Shown in pieces: positions 1 to 10,260 of a stretch of DNA of 45,897 nucleotides. The notes under the pieces were generated by a model. That model saw only the letters and a list, made by a program, of their open reading frames with translations. It was not told where the DNA came from and did no database searches. The position numbers and the translations under genes are program-made. The stretch covers positions 1 to 45,897 of the forward strand of contig JBDRNJ010000069.1 in NCBI GenBank assembly GCA_043811375.1, given 5' to 3'. The DNA is from a bacterium (GTDB lineage: Bacteria; Zixibacteria; MSB-5A5; GN15; FEB-12). Within the stretch, counting starts at the first letter, position 1, and every line of letters starts with the position of its first letter.

Positions 1-372
1 AGAAAGAGCCATAGAATGATTAAACCGGCGTTGCTGGACCAGGCCTTTCTGGCCGGGTTGGGTAATATCTATGCCGATGAGTCACTCTACCTGGCGCGGA
101 TTCATCCCCGAAGGTTGACGTCATCCATCTCAAGGCGCAAACTTACGGAGTTGCACGGTCACATTCAGGGCATACTGAAAAAAGCGATCCGACTGATGGG
201 GACATCGGTCGACAGCTACCGGGGAGTCAACGGCCGAGCCGGACGGTTTCAGAACTATCTGTTAGCATACGGCCGGGAAGGTTTGCCCTGCGGCCGGTGT
301 GGGACGAAAATTGTCCGGGAGAAAATAGGTTCCCGGTCGGCGCACTTCTGCCCCCGTTGCCAGCGACGTTGA
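1..372 (+). CDS. mutM: Formamidopyrimidine-DNA glycosylase, C-terminal part (5' truncated by window)
   Basis: H2TH motif LLDQAFLAGLGNIYADESL and C-terminal zinc finger CGRCG...FCPRCQ; frame open from base 1. Confidence 0.95.
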   Translation, partial: RKSHRMIKPALLDQAFLAGLGNIYADESLYLARIHPRRLTSSISRRKLTELHGHIQGILKKAIRLMGTSVDSYRGVNGRAGRFQNYLLAYGREGLPCGRCGTKIVREKIGSRSAHFCPRCQRR

Positions 373-388
373 CATTACCAAATCTATT

Positions 389-1222
389 TTACGATTTCGT
401 TTGCTTCAGGTCGACGGCAGTCGTCGAGTTCGAGATTCTCTTTCTCTGGTACAGGTAGATGCCAAGACCCAGCAGGAACAACGCCAGCGATATAATCTGG
501 TTGTAGGTGGGATGCATTCCGATGATCTGAAACTGCATAGCATCTTCGTAGAACCGCACGTACTCGATAGCAAAACGTGCCACCGCCTCAAGCATAAACA
601 TCAGGCCGACCACCTGTCCCACAAACCGGCGACGCTTCAGCAGGTAGTGAAGAACCAGAAACAGCCCCAACCCGTACAACGAGCTATAAAGTTGTGCCGG
701 ATGCAGGTGAGCGTCGAAGTATATGGCGTACGGTATTGACCCGACCGGGAAAGCTATTCCCCAGGGCAGATTGGTGGGAGTTCCGAAACAGCAGCCATTG
801 AAGAAACATCCGATACGGGCAATCGCCAGACCCAGCCCCAGGGTGGGAGCGAAGTAATCAAACAGATCCAGTACTGCCAGTTTCCTGAGTCGACAATAGA
901 CAACCGTTGCCCCTATTGCTATCAGTACCCCGCCGTACATATTGAGTCCGGCGATACCGAAGTGGTCGGAAGCGAAGGGATTGAAAGATGCCAACCAATT
1001 GTCGGTGAATTCTCCGAGGTGAAACAGGACATAAAAGAGACGAGCGCCGATAATGCCCCCGAAGATCATGATGTATGCCACTGACAGGTATTGCTCAAAC
1101 GGTTTGCCGTCGCGCCGCGCCACTATGCGGACATATATGACACAGGCCAGGAAAGCCAGGGCCAGCATCACGCCGTAGCTGCGGATGACTATCGGACCGA
1201 TATGAAATAGTTCTTCATGCAT
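389..1222 (-). CDS. lgt: Prolipoprotein diacylglyceryl transferase
   Basis: IRSYGVM, GARLFYV, RIGCFFNGCCFG and HPAQLY motifs; multi-TM. Confidence 0.93.
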   Translation of the reverse strand: MHEELFHIGPIVIRSYGVMLALAFLACVIYVRIVARRDGKPFEQYLSVAYIMIFGGIIGARLFYVLFHLGEFTDNWLASFNPFASDHFGIAGLNMYGGVLIAIGATVVYCRLRKLAVLDLFDYFAPTLGLGLAIARIGCFFNGCCFGTPTNLPWGIAFPVGSIPYAIYFDAHLHPAQLYSSLYGLGLFLVLHYLLKRRRFVGQVVGLMFMLEAVARFAIEYVRFYEDAMQFQIIGMHPTYNQIISLALFLLGLGIYLYQRKRISNSTTAVDLKQTKS

Positions 1223-2156
1223 GCTCTATTTCCCACACTGTGTGCTTCTGGTTTGATCCGGATGGGCAGCCCCACCCGGGATAGAATCTCCATACCAGCA
1301 GAGTGACCACCAGTCCGATAACACTTCCCACTATAACATCAGAAACATAGTGGAACCTGCCCCAGACAGTACCGATGGCCAGGCCGATATTGACAGGCAA
1401 CAACAGCCAGCCAATTCGTGCGAAACGCTTCAGACAATACATCATAATTACCAGTGCCACCGCCACGTGCGATGACGGCATACAACCGCCATGCACCGCA
1501 GCCTTGTCTATTACCAGGTTCACCATATCTCTAAACAACGGACCTTCAATTCGGTTCATGTACTGACCGGCAAAATACCACCGGGGACCCTCAATCGGGT
1601 AAAGAAAAAATAGAATATAAGAAAGAAAAAAGGTCAGGCAACATGCGGTCAGAAAACTCTTCAGCAGTTGATACTCCTTCCTGACATACAGCGCCAGCAC
1701 AAAAATCGGTATCATCAGGTAGTAACTGAAATAGAAAAAGGAGAATATTTCGTTGGCCCAGACCGACAGCAGGCGTTGATCGATATAGAGGGTCGGATTG
1801 ACTCCCAAAAGCGAAAGCTCGAAAGCGGTCAACTGGCCGTCAAAGAAGTGGTCAAAGACGATAAACATCAGCCCGCCGGTGTTGCGATAGAAAAAGGTAA
1901 ACAGCAGCACCGGGTAAACCAGACGCACCAGCGCCCACCGGCGGCTTTTCTGTTCATCTGCAAACCTTGCCATCAGGACGACCAGGATGATAGCAGTGGC
2001 ATAGAAGACTGCCTCATCGTAGTAGGCCGCCAGCGGTCGACCCAGCAACATGATCAGCAAAAGCATCGCCGCACAGTAACCCATTATCAGCCGGTCGAAG
2101 GGGTAGAATCTGCTCGGCGGCCTGCTGATCTCAGAAGTTGCTGTCATCGATAACAT
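1215..2156 (-). CDS. PAP2 superfamily membrane phosphatase/phosphotransferase
   Basis: GPRW, MPSSHVA and RFHYVSDVIVG motifs; multi-TM. Confidence 0.85.
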   Translation of the reverse strand: MLSMTATSEISRPPSRFYPFDRLIMGYCAAMLLLIMLLGRPLAAYYDEAVFYATAIILVVLMARFADEQKSRRWALVRLVYPVLLFTFFYRNTGGLMFIVFDHFFDGQLTAFELSLLGVNPTLYIDQRLLSVWANEIFSFFYFSYYLMIPIFVLALYVRKEYQLLKSFLTACCLTFFLSYILFFLYPIEGPRWYFAGQYMNRIEGPLFRDMVNLVIDKAAVHGGCMPSSHVAVALVIMMYCLKRFARIGWLLLPVNIGLAIGTVWGRFHYVSDVIVGSVIGLVVTLLVWRFYPGWGCPSGSNQKHTVWEIEHA

Positions 2157-2846
2157 CTAATCCTTTGTCTTGCCGCCGACAATCAGGACGATCTCACCCT
2201 TGACGGTCTTTTCAGCTGTCGCATCAACCAGCTCACTTAAGGAACCTCGCACAAACTGTTCGTATCGCTTGCTGATTTCTCGGGCCAGGCAAGCCTGTCG
2301 GTTGCCCAGTACCTGCAGCATGTCAGTCAAAGCCCGGCCGACCCGGTGCGGTGATTCGTAGAAGACTAACGTATGCTCCAGTTCTTTTAATCTTTCCAGA
2401 CGTTTCTGTCGGGCAACCGATTTGTGGGGCAGGAATCCCTCGAAGAAAAAGCGATCGGTCGGCAGACCGGAAGCCGTCAGGGCCGGGATAATCGCGCAGG
2501 CTCCCGGCAATGGTACAATCTCCACGTCGTCTCCGATAGCCGCTCGAACGATGCGATAGGCCGGATCCGAAATCCCCGGCGAACCGGCATCGGTGATAAC
2601 CGCAATTGACTCTCCCTGCCTGATTCTGCGTAGCAATTGTTCAGCCCGGGTCACTTCGTTGAAATCGTGATAACTGATCAGCTTTTTTTTCAGACCCAGT
2701 CGTTTCAGCAGCAACCCGGAATGACGGGTATCCTCACAGGCAACCAGATCGACCTGCTGCAGTATCTCCAAAGCACGCTGAGTGATGTCGCCCATGTTGC
2801 CGATTGGCGTCGCCACCAGGTACAGTTTTCCGGCAGATTCAGTCAT
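2157..2846 (-). CDS. rsmI: 16S rRNA (cytidine1402-2'-O)-methyltransferase
   Basis: LYLVATPIGN, ACEDTR, DAGSPGISDP, FYESPHR, REISKRYE; start placed at MTESAGK. Confidence 0.95.
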   Translation of the reverse strand: MTESAGKLYLVATPIGNMGDITQRALEILQQVDLVACEDTRHSGLLLKRLGLKKKLISYHDFNEVTRAEQLLRRIRQGESIAVITDAGSPGISDPAYRIVRAAIGDDVEIVPLPGACAIIPALTASGLPTDRFFFEGFLPHKSVARQKRLERLKELEHTLVFYESPHRVGRALTDMLQVLGNRQACLAREISKRYEQFVRGSLSELVDATAEKTVKGEIVLIVGGKTKD

Positions 2847-2856
2847 AGGGTACCGC

Positions 2857-3720
2857 TTACTCGCACAGTTCAATGCAATCGGGAATCACTACACGACCCA
2901 GCGAGGCGACATCGGGCAACCGCCGCTTAAAGGCGTTCCGGTTCAAAAGCGTAACCACCCGATTGATGCTGCCGGCCTCAAAACCTTCCTTTTCTAACGC
3001 CCTTCGGGATGTAATGCCGTCATCAATCAGGCGGCGCAGCAGCCGGTCGATCTCGTCATAGGTGACGCCGATTTCTCCTTCGTCAGTCTGCCCGGACCAC
3101 AGGTCGGCGGTAGGCGGTTTGTTGCGGATCGCCTTCGGAACTCCCAGCTCTTCGGCCAGCAGTCGCACTTCGGTCTTGTACAGTTCGCCAATCGGGTTGA
3201 CCGAGCAGGCTGAGTCACCATACCAGGTGGTGTAGCCCAGACATATTTCCGTACGATTACCGGTGCCCAGCACCAGGCAATTGGTTTGATGAGCAATGTC
3301 GAACAGAATCGCCATCCGTTCGCGGGACATTTTGTTGCCGGCGCGCAATCGATTGGACTTGTCGATGTCATCGAAATAGGCATCAATCATGGGCGAGATG
3401 TCCACCTGGCGGTGCTCGATCCCGAGCCGGTGAGCCAGCGCCAGGGCATCGGTCGCAGAGTCGGGGGATGAAGTCCGGTAAGGCATCATGACCGCCAGCA
3501 CTTTCCCCTGGCCTATGGCCGCCACCGCCAGCGCCGTCGATACCGCCGAGTCAATGCCGCCGGAAAGACCGACCACGTAACCGTCCAGACCTGATTGCCC
3601 GAGCTTCTCCGACAAGAAAGCCCGAAGTATGTTCGCTGCTTTACCGGGACTAAAATCGATCGTGGCACTACTCTCCTTTCCGGGTACAATCACAATATGC
3701 GATTGGTACGATCTCATCAA
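2857..3720 (-). CDS. nadE: NH3-dependent NAD+ synthetase (true start uncertain, probably near 3663)
   Basis: VGLSGGIDSAV, GTGNRTE, PTADLW.GQTDE motifs. Confidence 0.93.
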   Translation of the reverse strand: MMRSYQSHIVIVPGKESSATIDFSPGKAANILRAFLSEKLGQSGLDGYVVGLSGGIDSAVSTALAVAAIGQGKVLAVMMPYRTSSPDSATDALALAHRLGIEHRQVDISPMIDAYFDDIDKSNRLRAGNKMSRERMAILFDIAHQTNCLVLGTGNRTEICLGYTTWYGDSACSVNPIGELYKTEVRLLAEELGVPKAIRNKPPTADLWSGQTDEGEIGVTYDEIDRLLRRLIDDGITSRRALEKEGFEAGSINRVVTLLNRNAFKRRLPDVASLGRVVIPDCIELCE

Positions 3721-3778
3721 GGAAAATGTTCTCCCCCGATTGACAGAGGGTCACTGTGCCACTACTTTGCACCGCGGA

Positions 3779-4324
3779 ATGAGTCATCATATAGTCATCA
3801 CCGGTGCTCCAGCTTCGGGCAAAACGGAATTTCTCCATCGCTTGAAAGATCACCATTCCTTTTGCGATTTTGTTTTTTTCGACGAACTGGCCCGCCAGCT
3901 TCTTCTGGAGGACCCACAGTACCGTCAGGACCGGCGCCGCTTCCACAGTGAACTCTATCGCCGGCAGGTTGCCCGGGAAGAACATCTTGGCGAGCGCCCA
4001 TTCATAACCGACCGGGGCACCGCCGACGCTTTCGCTTTTCATCGTGAGACGATGCACCAGGTCGGCACCACCCTGGACAGGGAATACCGGCGCTACACGG
4101 CTGTTGTGCAGTTTGGCAGCACCGCCTCGCTGGGTGAAGCATATTATCAATGTGACGAAATTCGGCAGGAAACAATCGAGCAGGCCCTGTCAATCGAACG
4201 AGCTATCCGTAATATCTGGTGCGGACATCCCGGATATCGGTGGGTGGAGGCTCGTATTGATCCTGGGGCGAAGTATACAGACTGCCTCAAGTTGCTGACG
4301 GACCTGGTTAGACAGCCGGGATGA
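3779..4324 (+). CDS. AAA_28/NadR-like P-loop kinase/ATPase
   Basis: IVITGAPASGKT Walker A, E.AR, ITDRG motif; promoter TTGACA(3740)-17-TACTTT(3763) upstream. Confidence 0.8.
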   Translation: MSHHIVITGAPASGKTEFLHRLKDHHSFCDFVFFDELARQLLLEDPQYRQDRRRFHSELYRRQVAREEHLGERPFITDRGTADAFAFHRETMHQVGTTLDREYRRYTAVVQFGSTASLGEAYYQCDEIRQETIEQALSIERAIRNIWCGHPGYRWVEARIDPGAKYTDCLKLLTDLVRQPG

Positions 4325-4368
4325 ACCGCAGCCACCGGAAATGTACCCCGTATCGTCAAACAAACGTC

Positions 4369-4397
4369 TTGGATAATCTATTATCGGTAGTTATAAT
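4369..4397 (+). promoter_or_regulatory. Sigma70-type promoter of hflX (predicted leaderless)
   Basis: TTGGAT-17bp-TATAAT, ATG 6 nt after the -10. Confidence 0.65.
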
Positions 4398-4403
4398 AAG
4401 GTG

Positions 4404-5519
4404 ATGGTCATCGAATACGGCAAGACCGATACAGAAAAGGCAATTCTGATCGGGCTGGCGTTTAACTCCCTCCACCGTCGAGAGGTCACCGAATCCCTTC
4501 AGGAATTGGAGCGCTTGACCAACTCCGCCGGAGCTGTTGTAATCGGTTCCAGAATCCAGACGCGGGCCAGGCCTGATCCGGCTTTCTTCATTGGAAAGGG
4601 ATTGGTCAACGAAATAAAGGACCAGTTGGCCGACGGGGGCGGCAATTGTGTCATCTTTGACGATACTCTCAGCCCGGCCCAACAGCGCAACCTGGAAACA
4701 GCGCTTCAGGTCAAAGTTATTGACCGTCCCGTCCTGATTCTGGACATCTTCGCCACTCGCGCCCGTAGCAGTGCATCACGACTCCAGGTCGAGTTGGCCC
4801 AATTGGAATACACGCTGCCCCGATTGACCGGCGCCTGGATACACTTTTCCCGGCAGTATGGCGGTATCGGCGCCAAGGGACCCGGCGAAACGCAGTTGGA
4901 GATCGACCGCCGCCAGGTGGGGGCCAAAATTGCCCACCTGAAGAAAAAACTGGCGAAACTGTCACAGCAACGGGCCACCCAGCGCAAGAGAAGACAATCG
5001 TTATTTAAGGTGGCATTGATAGGGTATACCAATGCCGGCAAATCAACCCTGTTCAACCGGCTGACGAAAGCCCGGGTGAGAACGGCCGACATGTTGTTCA
5101 CCACCCTCGACTCCACTACGCGCGTAATGTCGGCCGGTTATCCCTGCAATATCATCTTTTCCGACACGGTGGGGTTTATCAAGAAACTCCCCCACCAGTT
5201 GGTGGAATCGTTTAAGTCTACTCTCGAAGAAGTCAGCCTGGCCGACCTGCTGCTGCACGTGGCCGACTGTTCGGATCCAAACCTTCTCGAACGAATCATT
5301 CAAACCCGACAGGTGCTTTCAGAAATCGGCGCCGACGAGATTCCCTACCTGATGATTTATAACAAAGTGGATATAGTGCCGGAATTTGTTCTTCCGCCTG
5401 AGAAAGGGGGCGGGGCTTTTGCAATATCAGCCCGGGACATAATCGGGATTTCGGCGCTGCAGGCTGAGTTGGTGGCGCAATCGACTCAATTCTCACGGCG
5501 GGGCGGTCGGGGGCGTTAA
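4404..5519 (+). CDS. hflX: GTPase HflX
   Basis: GPGETQLEIDRR, GYTNAGKSTL, FTTLD, DTVGF, NKVD. Confidence 0.97.
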   Translation: MVIEYGKTDTEKAILIGLAFNSLHRREVTESLQELERLTNSAGAVVIGSRIQTRARPDPAFFIGKGLVNEIKDQLADGGGNCVIFDDTLSPAQQRNLETALQVKVIDRPVLILDIFATRARSSASRLQVELAQLEYTLPRLTGAWIHFSRQYGGIGAKGPGETQLEIDRRQVGAKIAHLKKKLAKLSQQRATQRKRRQSLFKVALIGYTNAGKSTLFNRLTKARVRTADMLFTTLDSTTRVMSAGYPCNIIFSDTVGFIKKLPHQLVESFKSTLEEVSLADLLLHVADCSDPNLLERIIQTRQVLSEIGADEIPYLMIYNKVDIVPEFVLPPEKGGGAFAISARDIIGISALQAELVAQSTQFSRRGGRGR

Positions 5520-5565
5520 TTACCCAGTACTTAGGACCGATATAATTAGAAAGCAAGGAGGCTCG

Positions 5566-5922
5566 ATGAGTAAGCCGGTTCTTATAGTGGACGACAACCC
5601 CAACATGTCGTCGCTGCTTTCTGACATGCTGGAAGTGTTCGATTATCCGTCGGTTCGGGCGTCCGACGGTCAGCAGGCTCTGGAAGAACTGCAGAAACAG
5701 AACTTTGCCATGATCATCTCCGACTTGCGTATGCCCAATATGACCGGCCTGGAATTGTTGGAAAAAGTTAAGAGCCAATATCCCAAACTACCGGTAGTCC
5801 TCATTTCCGGGTACTCCATAGCCGAACTGGAAACCGAAACCGAGGGCTGCAAACCTGATGGTTTCCTGGCCAAACCTTTCATGATGTCCGACATCGAAAG
5901 ACTGCTGAACTCGCTTCTTTAG
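5566..5922 (+). CDS. Single-domain response regulator (CheY-like)
   Basis: LIVDD, SDLRMPNMTG, ISGY, KPF; SD GGAGG. Confidence 0.92.
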   Translation: MSKPVLIVDDNPNMSSLLSDMLEVFDYPSVRASDGQQALEELQKQNFAMIISDLRMPNMTGLELLEKVKSQYPKLPVVLISGYSIAELETETEGCKPDGFLAKPFMMSDIERLLNSLL

Positions 5923-6077
5923 CCGGTTGCTCCGTCCTCGCCATCACGTCAAACAAACCTGTCCGCAATGGGGTATGACTTAAGCACAGAACCCCGGCAG
6001 CACTGCAAGGGCAAATTCGAGCGGCAGTGCGTATGATGAGGATTAAAACCACACCATACGCAATTGCTACATAGATT

Positions 6078-8324
6078 TCAGCAGATCGGCTGGGGGCCGC
6101 CCTGGAACAAGTACTGAACCAGGTAAGTCAGATCGGCAACATCAATAAAGCCAGATCCATCAACATCGGCTGCGGCGAGAACCGGCGGCGGCGGACCACT
6201 CTGGAACAGGTAACCAACCAGGTACGACAGGTCACCCACGTCCACAGCAACGCTGCCGTCCACGTCACCGCAGATATAGGGGATAAAGGTTACTTCATAA
6301 ATCACTGACGATGACGAGTTGCCAACTCCGTCCCGGGCATCGACTCGCCAGTAGGATACAACCGAATCAGGCAGGGTATCAACCGGGGTGTAGTATGACT
6401 CGGGCAAATTGGCATAGACACGAGTGTCGGGTCCAGCGGGGAAGGTCGAATCGATGGAGACATACAGGTCGTAGACGACCGGCGAACTCAGCCTGGTGGA
6501 GGTGGTCCAGTCAAAGGTCGGCGTCGGCTCGTTGGTTACCTTGCCGTCTTCCGGTTCCAGCAAAGTCGGCACTTCGGGCGGTGTCCAGTCGACATCAAAC
6601 GACCAGACCTCCGAGTACTCGGAACTGTCGGTTCCGGCGGTGTTGAATGCTTTCACCCGCCAGTAGTGGAGACCTTCGGATGTGATGGTATCCTTGGGGA
6701 AGAAGTTGGTATCGACCACAGCTGAGATGACATCCGTCAGAAAAGTCGAGTCGGTAGATATCTCGATCCGGTAGCGATCCAGATTGTGTTTCCAGGAGGT
6801 GGACCACTCAAACGTGGCATAAGGGGGTAGATAGACACCATCCGGCGGTACGATCAATTTCGGCTCGAGTATTGGAAGATACCAGTTGGCGGTATAGACC
6901 TCGGAGTTACCGTCGCGGGAGTCGGTCCAGACAGCGTTTACTTTGTCATGGAAAGCCGTGACACCGATATACTCTCCGATCAGACCGGCTCGTCCGCTGA
7001 CACGAAGCGGGATCACGATACCGTTCTCATCAATTTCAAACAGCGGCCTCTGATCAATATTCTTCAGGTTGCCGGGTGACGACGAGACATCGGAGATACG
7101 ATGGTTGCTGGTGAACGTCAGACCGCCGTCAAACGAATAAGCAGCCATCATGTCAAACAGGTAATAACCAGGTGGGTCGTAACGCTGGTCGTAGAAGACG
7201 ACAATAATGACACCCTCATCGTTTACTACCAGCCAGGGATGGAAAGCATCGATAGCAACCGAATTGGGGTCGTCATTTATCTGGATGCGCTGTGACCAGG
7301 TGACACAATTGTCGGTGGAGCGAATGAAGTCGACATCGGTGTTGCCGGCATCTTCCGGTCCCTCGTTGGTAAAGGCAATGTACATGTTACCGCCAAAGGG
7401 TCCGCCGGTCAGATCGGCATCACCCACCGGCTGAGAGTAAGTGTTAATGCCGCCGTCAGCGGAAGTGTACCCCGAAACTGAGAGAACCGTGTCTTCGTAA
7501 GTGAAGATTTGCCCGCCATCAGTGGAGACGACATGCTTGATAGTTGTGACACCGGAGCAGGTGCCGCCGGAATCGAGAGCGTATCCCTGCCAGAAAACGT
7601 GAACATCACCGTTGGAGTTGACAATCGGAATCGAGAACTGCCCGGCGTCAATCAAACTGCTTCCGCATCCGGTTGAGGTCTGATTCGGACCGACTGTGAC
7701 CGTATCTTCGAATGATGCCGCTCCGTCAATCGAGCGCACAACCAGGATCCGATCAGGGGGATCGGCGGGACCATAGAAGCGTGTCCAGGAGCAGTAGACA
7801 TTACCGTCGTACGTGCCACCGGTGCGGTCGGCAGTGATAAACTGTTTGTCCTCGAAGAACTGATTCGAGGGGATTGTGTTGGGTACCGGGCCGGTCCAGG
7901 AGATGCCCTGGTCGGTCGATTTGTAAAAGGCGATCAGGGATTTTCCCGTGAATCCGAAGGCGTCCCAGTCGAGGTTGCACATATAAAAGTTTCCATACCG
8001 GTCGACAGTGAGAGTCGGGTCGGACTGTTGGGAATCGTAACTGAAGTACTGCATCAATTTGGCCACCAGCGAATCGGTCCAGGTCTGGCCGGCGTCAGTG
8101 GAGCGACCGATTCCGATCTGCCGGTAACCAAGCCGGAAATCGCGCCAGTTGGCGATAATAATGTTACTGTCGGTGGGGCAGATAAAAACCTGTTCCTCGT
8201 TGTTGAGTTCCGGGTAAACGGTGATTCGGATGTTGGTGGGCGGGGGGTAACTGCTGCCGGCCATAGCGGCCGTACCCAGGCAGATTACCAGCACCAGAGG
8301 TAAATACAGTTGGCGTAAAGTCAT
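6078..8324 (-). CDS. Secreted BNR/Asp-box (sialidase-like) propeller protein with two FN3/Ig-like modules and C-terminal dockerin
   Basis: Signal peptide; repeated S-T-D-x-G-x-T/S-W/F Asp-boxes; YWRV modules; duplicated GDVDGS..DV(G/A)DL.YLV.YLF. Confidence 0.85.
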   Translation of the reverse strand: MTLRQLYLPLVLVICLGTAAMAGSSYPPPTNIRITVYPELNNEEQVFICPTDSNIIIANWRDFRLGYRQIGIGRSTDAGQTWTDSLVAKLMQYFSYDSQQSDPTLTVDRYGNFYMCNLDWDAFGFTGKSLIAFYKSTDQGISWTGPVPNTIPSNQFFEDKQFITADRTGGTYDGNVYCSWTRFYGPADPPDRILVVRSIDGAASFEDTVTVGPNQTSTGCGSSLIDAGQFSIPIVNSNGDVHVFWQGYALDSGGTCSGVTTIKHVVSTDGGQIFTYEDTVLSVSGYTSADGGINTYSQPVGDADLTGGPFGGNMYIAFTNEGPEDAGNTDVDFIRSTDNCVTWSQRIQINDDPNSVAIDAFHPWLVVNDEGVIIVVFYDQRYDPPGYYLFDMMAAYSFDGGLTFTSNHRISDVSSSPGNLKNIDQRPLFEIDENGIVIPLRVSGRAGLIGEYIGVTAFHDKVNAVWTDSRDGNSEVYTANWYLPILEPKLIVPPDGVYLPPYATFEWSTSWKHNLDRYRIEISTDSTFLTDVISAVVDTNFFPKDTITSEGLHYWRVKAFNTAGTDSSEYSEVWSFDVDWTPPEVPTLLEPEDGKVTNEPTPTFDWTTSTRLSSPVVYDLYVSIDSTFPAGPDTRVYANLPESYYTPVDTLPDSVVSYWRVDARDGVGNSSSSVIYEVTFIPYICGDVDGSVAVDVGDLSYLVGYLFQSGPPPPVLAAADVDGSGFIDVADLTYLVQYLFQGGPQPIC

Positions 8325-8395
8325 ACACCTTCTCCTTATTGTGAGTTGCTGTCAAACATCGCGAGGCAAACAAGTAACAGTGAAGACGCTGTTTC

Positions 8396-8423
8396 AATAT
8401 AGTGCCTTTAGGCAGCAAGTCAA
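8396..8423 (-). promoter_or_regulatory. Sigma70-type promoter for the BNR-dockerin gene
   Basis: Minus strand TTGACT-16bp-TATATT. Confidence 0.55.
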
Positions 8424-8514
8424 ACGAAAATCCGGGCATGGTAGCCGTTAATCGAGTTGCCCGGCTGGATTATTGATTGTCGCCTCAACTCATCTCTACG
8501 TATATTGGTCCCGC

Positions 8515-8991
8515 ATGGATTCAGAAAGTTACCGGAACTTCATGAAGGTGGCTTTTTCGGAAGCCCGGCAGGCGTATGATAATGGTGAAGCCCCGGTGGG
8601 TGCGGTTGTCGTTTTCGAGGATCACATTATCGGCCGTGGCCACAACCAGACCCGGCAGTTTCACGATGCCACCGCCCACGCCGAGATGATCGCCCTGTCG
8701 GCTGCTTACGAACATTTCGGGGACTGGCGTCTTGAAAACTGCACCCTCTTCTGCACTCTGGAACCGTGCCCGATGTGCGCCGGGGCGGCGATGCTTTCGC
8801 GGATCAAGACAATTGTCTACGGCGCCGCCGATCCCAAGTTTGGCGCCTGTGGCTCGATACTTGATATACCGTCAGAAACGAGATTCAACCATCAGATTGA
8901 GATAGTCAGTAGCGTTATGGAAGCAGAGGCGGCAGAGTTGATGCAGCGGTTTTTTCGGCGGCTGCGAAAAAACAAAGAGGAGATCAACTGA
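8515..8991 (+). CDS. tadA: tRNA adenosine(34) deaminase
   Basis: EAPVGAVVV, HAE, TLEPCPMC, DPKFGACGS, FF.RLR. Confidence 0.95.
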   Translation: MDSESYRNFMKVAFSEARQAYDNGEAPVGAVVVFEDHIIGRGHNQTRQFHDATAHAEMIALSAAYEHFGDWRLENCTLFCTLEPCPMCAGAAMLSRIKTIVYGAADPKFGACGSILDIPSETRFNHQIEIVSSVMEAEAAELMQRFFRRLRKNKEEIN

Positions 8992-9446
8992 TGGAATGGG
9001 ATCAGGGACTACGCCGGGAGTTTCGCAAAACAGTGGTTCTGGCGGTCTTTATCCTGGTGGTTAATCCGGTTATCTTTCTTGCGCTGGCCGTTTTTCTGAA
9101 TATTTCTGCAAGAACTGGTGGCGAGGTTGATATGATGTTTTATATGCTGCTGATGGCAGCCATAGCTTCACCGGCGGCAATGCCGCTGATCGAACGGTTC
9201 CATATCAACCGCTATCGCTCGGACAAGACTTCAAAGATGAGTCCGGGGCAGTTGTTGACCAGTATCAGTATCGTGAAGTTCGCATTCGTGGAGGCGGCGT
9301 ATGTGTGTGGACTCATAGTGTACATCACATCCGGCGACATGGCCAGGATGCTCTGTTTCTACCCGATCGGGATTGCCTGGAGCGTATTTTGTCGGCCGCG
9401 CCGGTCACAGTGGGAAAATTTGATAAACAAGATGGGATCACCATGA
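8991..9446 (+). CDS. Hypothetical 4-TM membrane protein
   Basis: Four hydrophobic segments; TGATG overlap with tadA. Confidence 0.7.
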   Translation: MEWDQGLRREFRKTVVLAVFILVVNPVIFLALAVFLNISARTGGEVDMMFYMLLMAAIASPAAMPLIERFHINRYRSDKTSKMSPGQLLTSISIVKFAFVEAAYVCGLIVYITSGDMARMLCFYPIGIAWSVFCRPRRSQWENLINKMGSP

Positions 9447-9937
9447 AATACGAAAACGAAGACAAGTACGACCTGAGCCGGATGATTATCCAGCCGCTCT
9501 ATTTCGGACTGGTGGTGAACATCCTGATACCGGCCGGAGTCCTTCTCGTCTGTCACTATATCCACAGCAACTACACTCGCGGCAGCGCCATTGGCGACCT
9601 GGCCAACCCGTTGTTCTACGTGTTGTTGGTGCTGGCTCTATTGCAGGCCGGACTGGCGCTGTGGTGGCGATCCCAACGGCTGCAACGGCCGATGATCAAA
9701 TCGGAAACGACTATGGAATCAGACCTGACGACCGGTCTGTTGCATGTCTGTCGTCCGGTGTTTGTCCTTATTGCCGCCATATCCGGCTACGGTTTCGTCT
9801 ATTTCTTTCTGACAGGACGTTTCACCGAAACGGTTGTTTTTGTTTTTTTCTCTTTTGTCGTCTTCCAGGTGGTTCGCCCTCGCCACGGTTTAGTGCGCAA
9901 GTTTATTGCCCGGCAGCAACGGCTGTTTGAGCAGTGA
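9443..9937 (+). CDS. Hypothetical 4-TM membrane protein
   Basis: ATGA overlap with previous gene; four hydrophobic segments. Confidence 0.7.
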   Translation: MKYENEDKYDLSRMIIQPLYFGLVVNILIPAGVLLVCHYIHSNYTRGSAIGDLANPLFYVLLVLALLQAGLALWWRSQRLQRPMIKSETTMESDLTTGLLHVCRPVFVLIAAISGYGFVYFFLTGRFTETVVFVFFSFVVFQVVRPRHGLVRKFIARQQRLFEQ

Positions 9938-10190
9938 GTATAGTAATTCCTCGGATGCTCGGAGTCGGGAATAATGTCGCAAAATTGAAAAGAAGTCTAT
10001 TTGATAACCCTGACAATACCAGACCCCACCAGGGAGATGTTGGGTTTCTCATTCGTCCGTCTGACGCCGGACTCACCTGGAACGCCGACCTGCTGGATCC
10101 CAGCTACTCGTGGTGGGCGTACGTCCTCGTGCACCCACAATCGCGGCAGACGAGGAGAGGTTGTCTCAAAAGGTGGTTATTCTAACGCGC

Positions 10191-10260
10191 GTAGGGCGGG
10201 GGCTTGTCTCCCGCCAATAGAAGTGGCGATGCCACCGGCGGACATAAAGCCCGCCGCTAC
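10191..10260. repeat. GTAG-type REP doublet (REPIN-like)
   Basis: GTAG-GGCGGG.GCTTGT.TCCCGCC followed by inverted copy GGCGGACATAAAGCCCGCCG-CTAC. Confidence 0.7.

Noticed and set aside
9934..10185. 83-aa ORF with an Asp-box-like SDAGLTW
   Set aside because: Single motif, no SD; at most a decayed fragment
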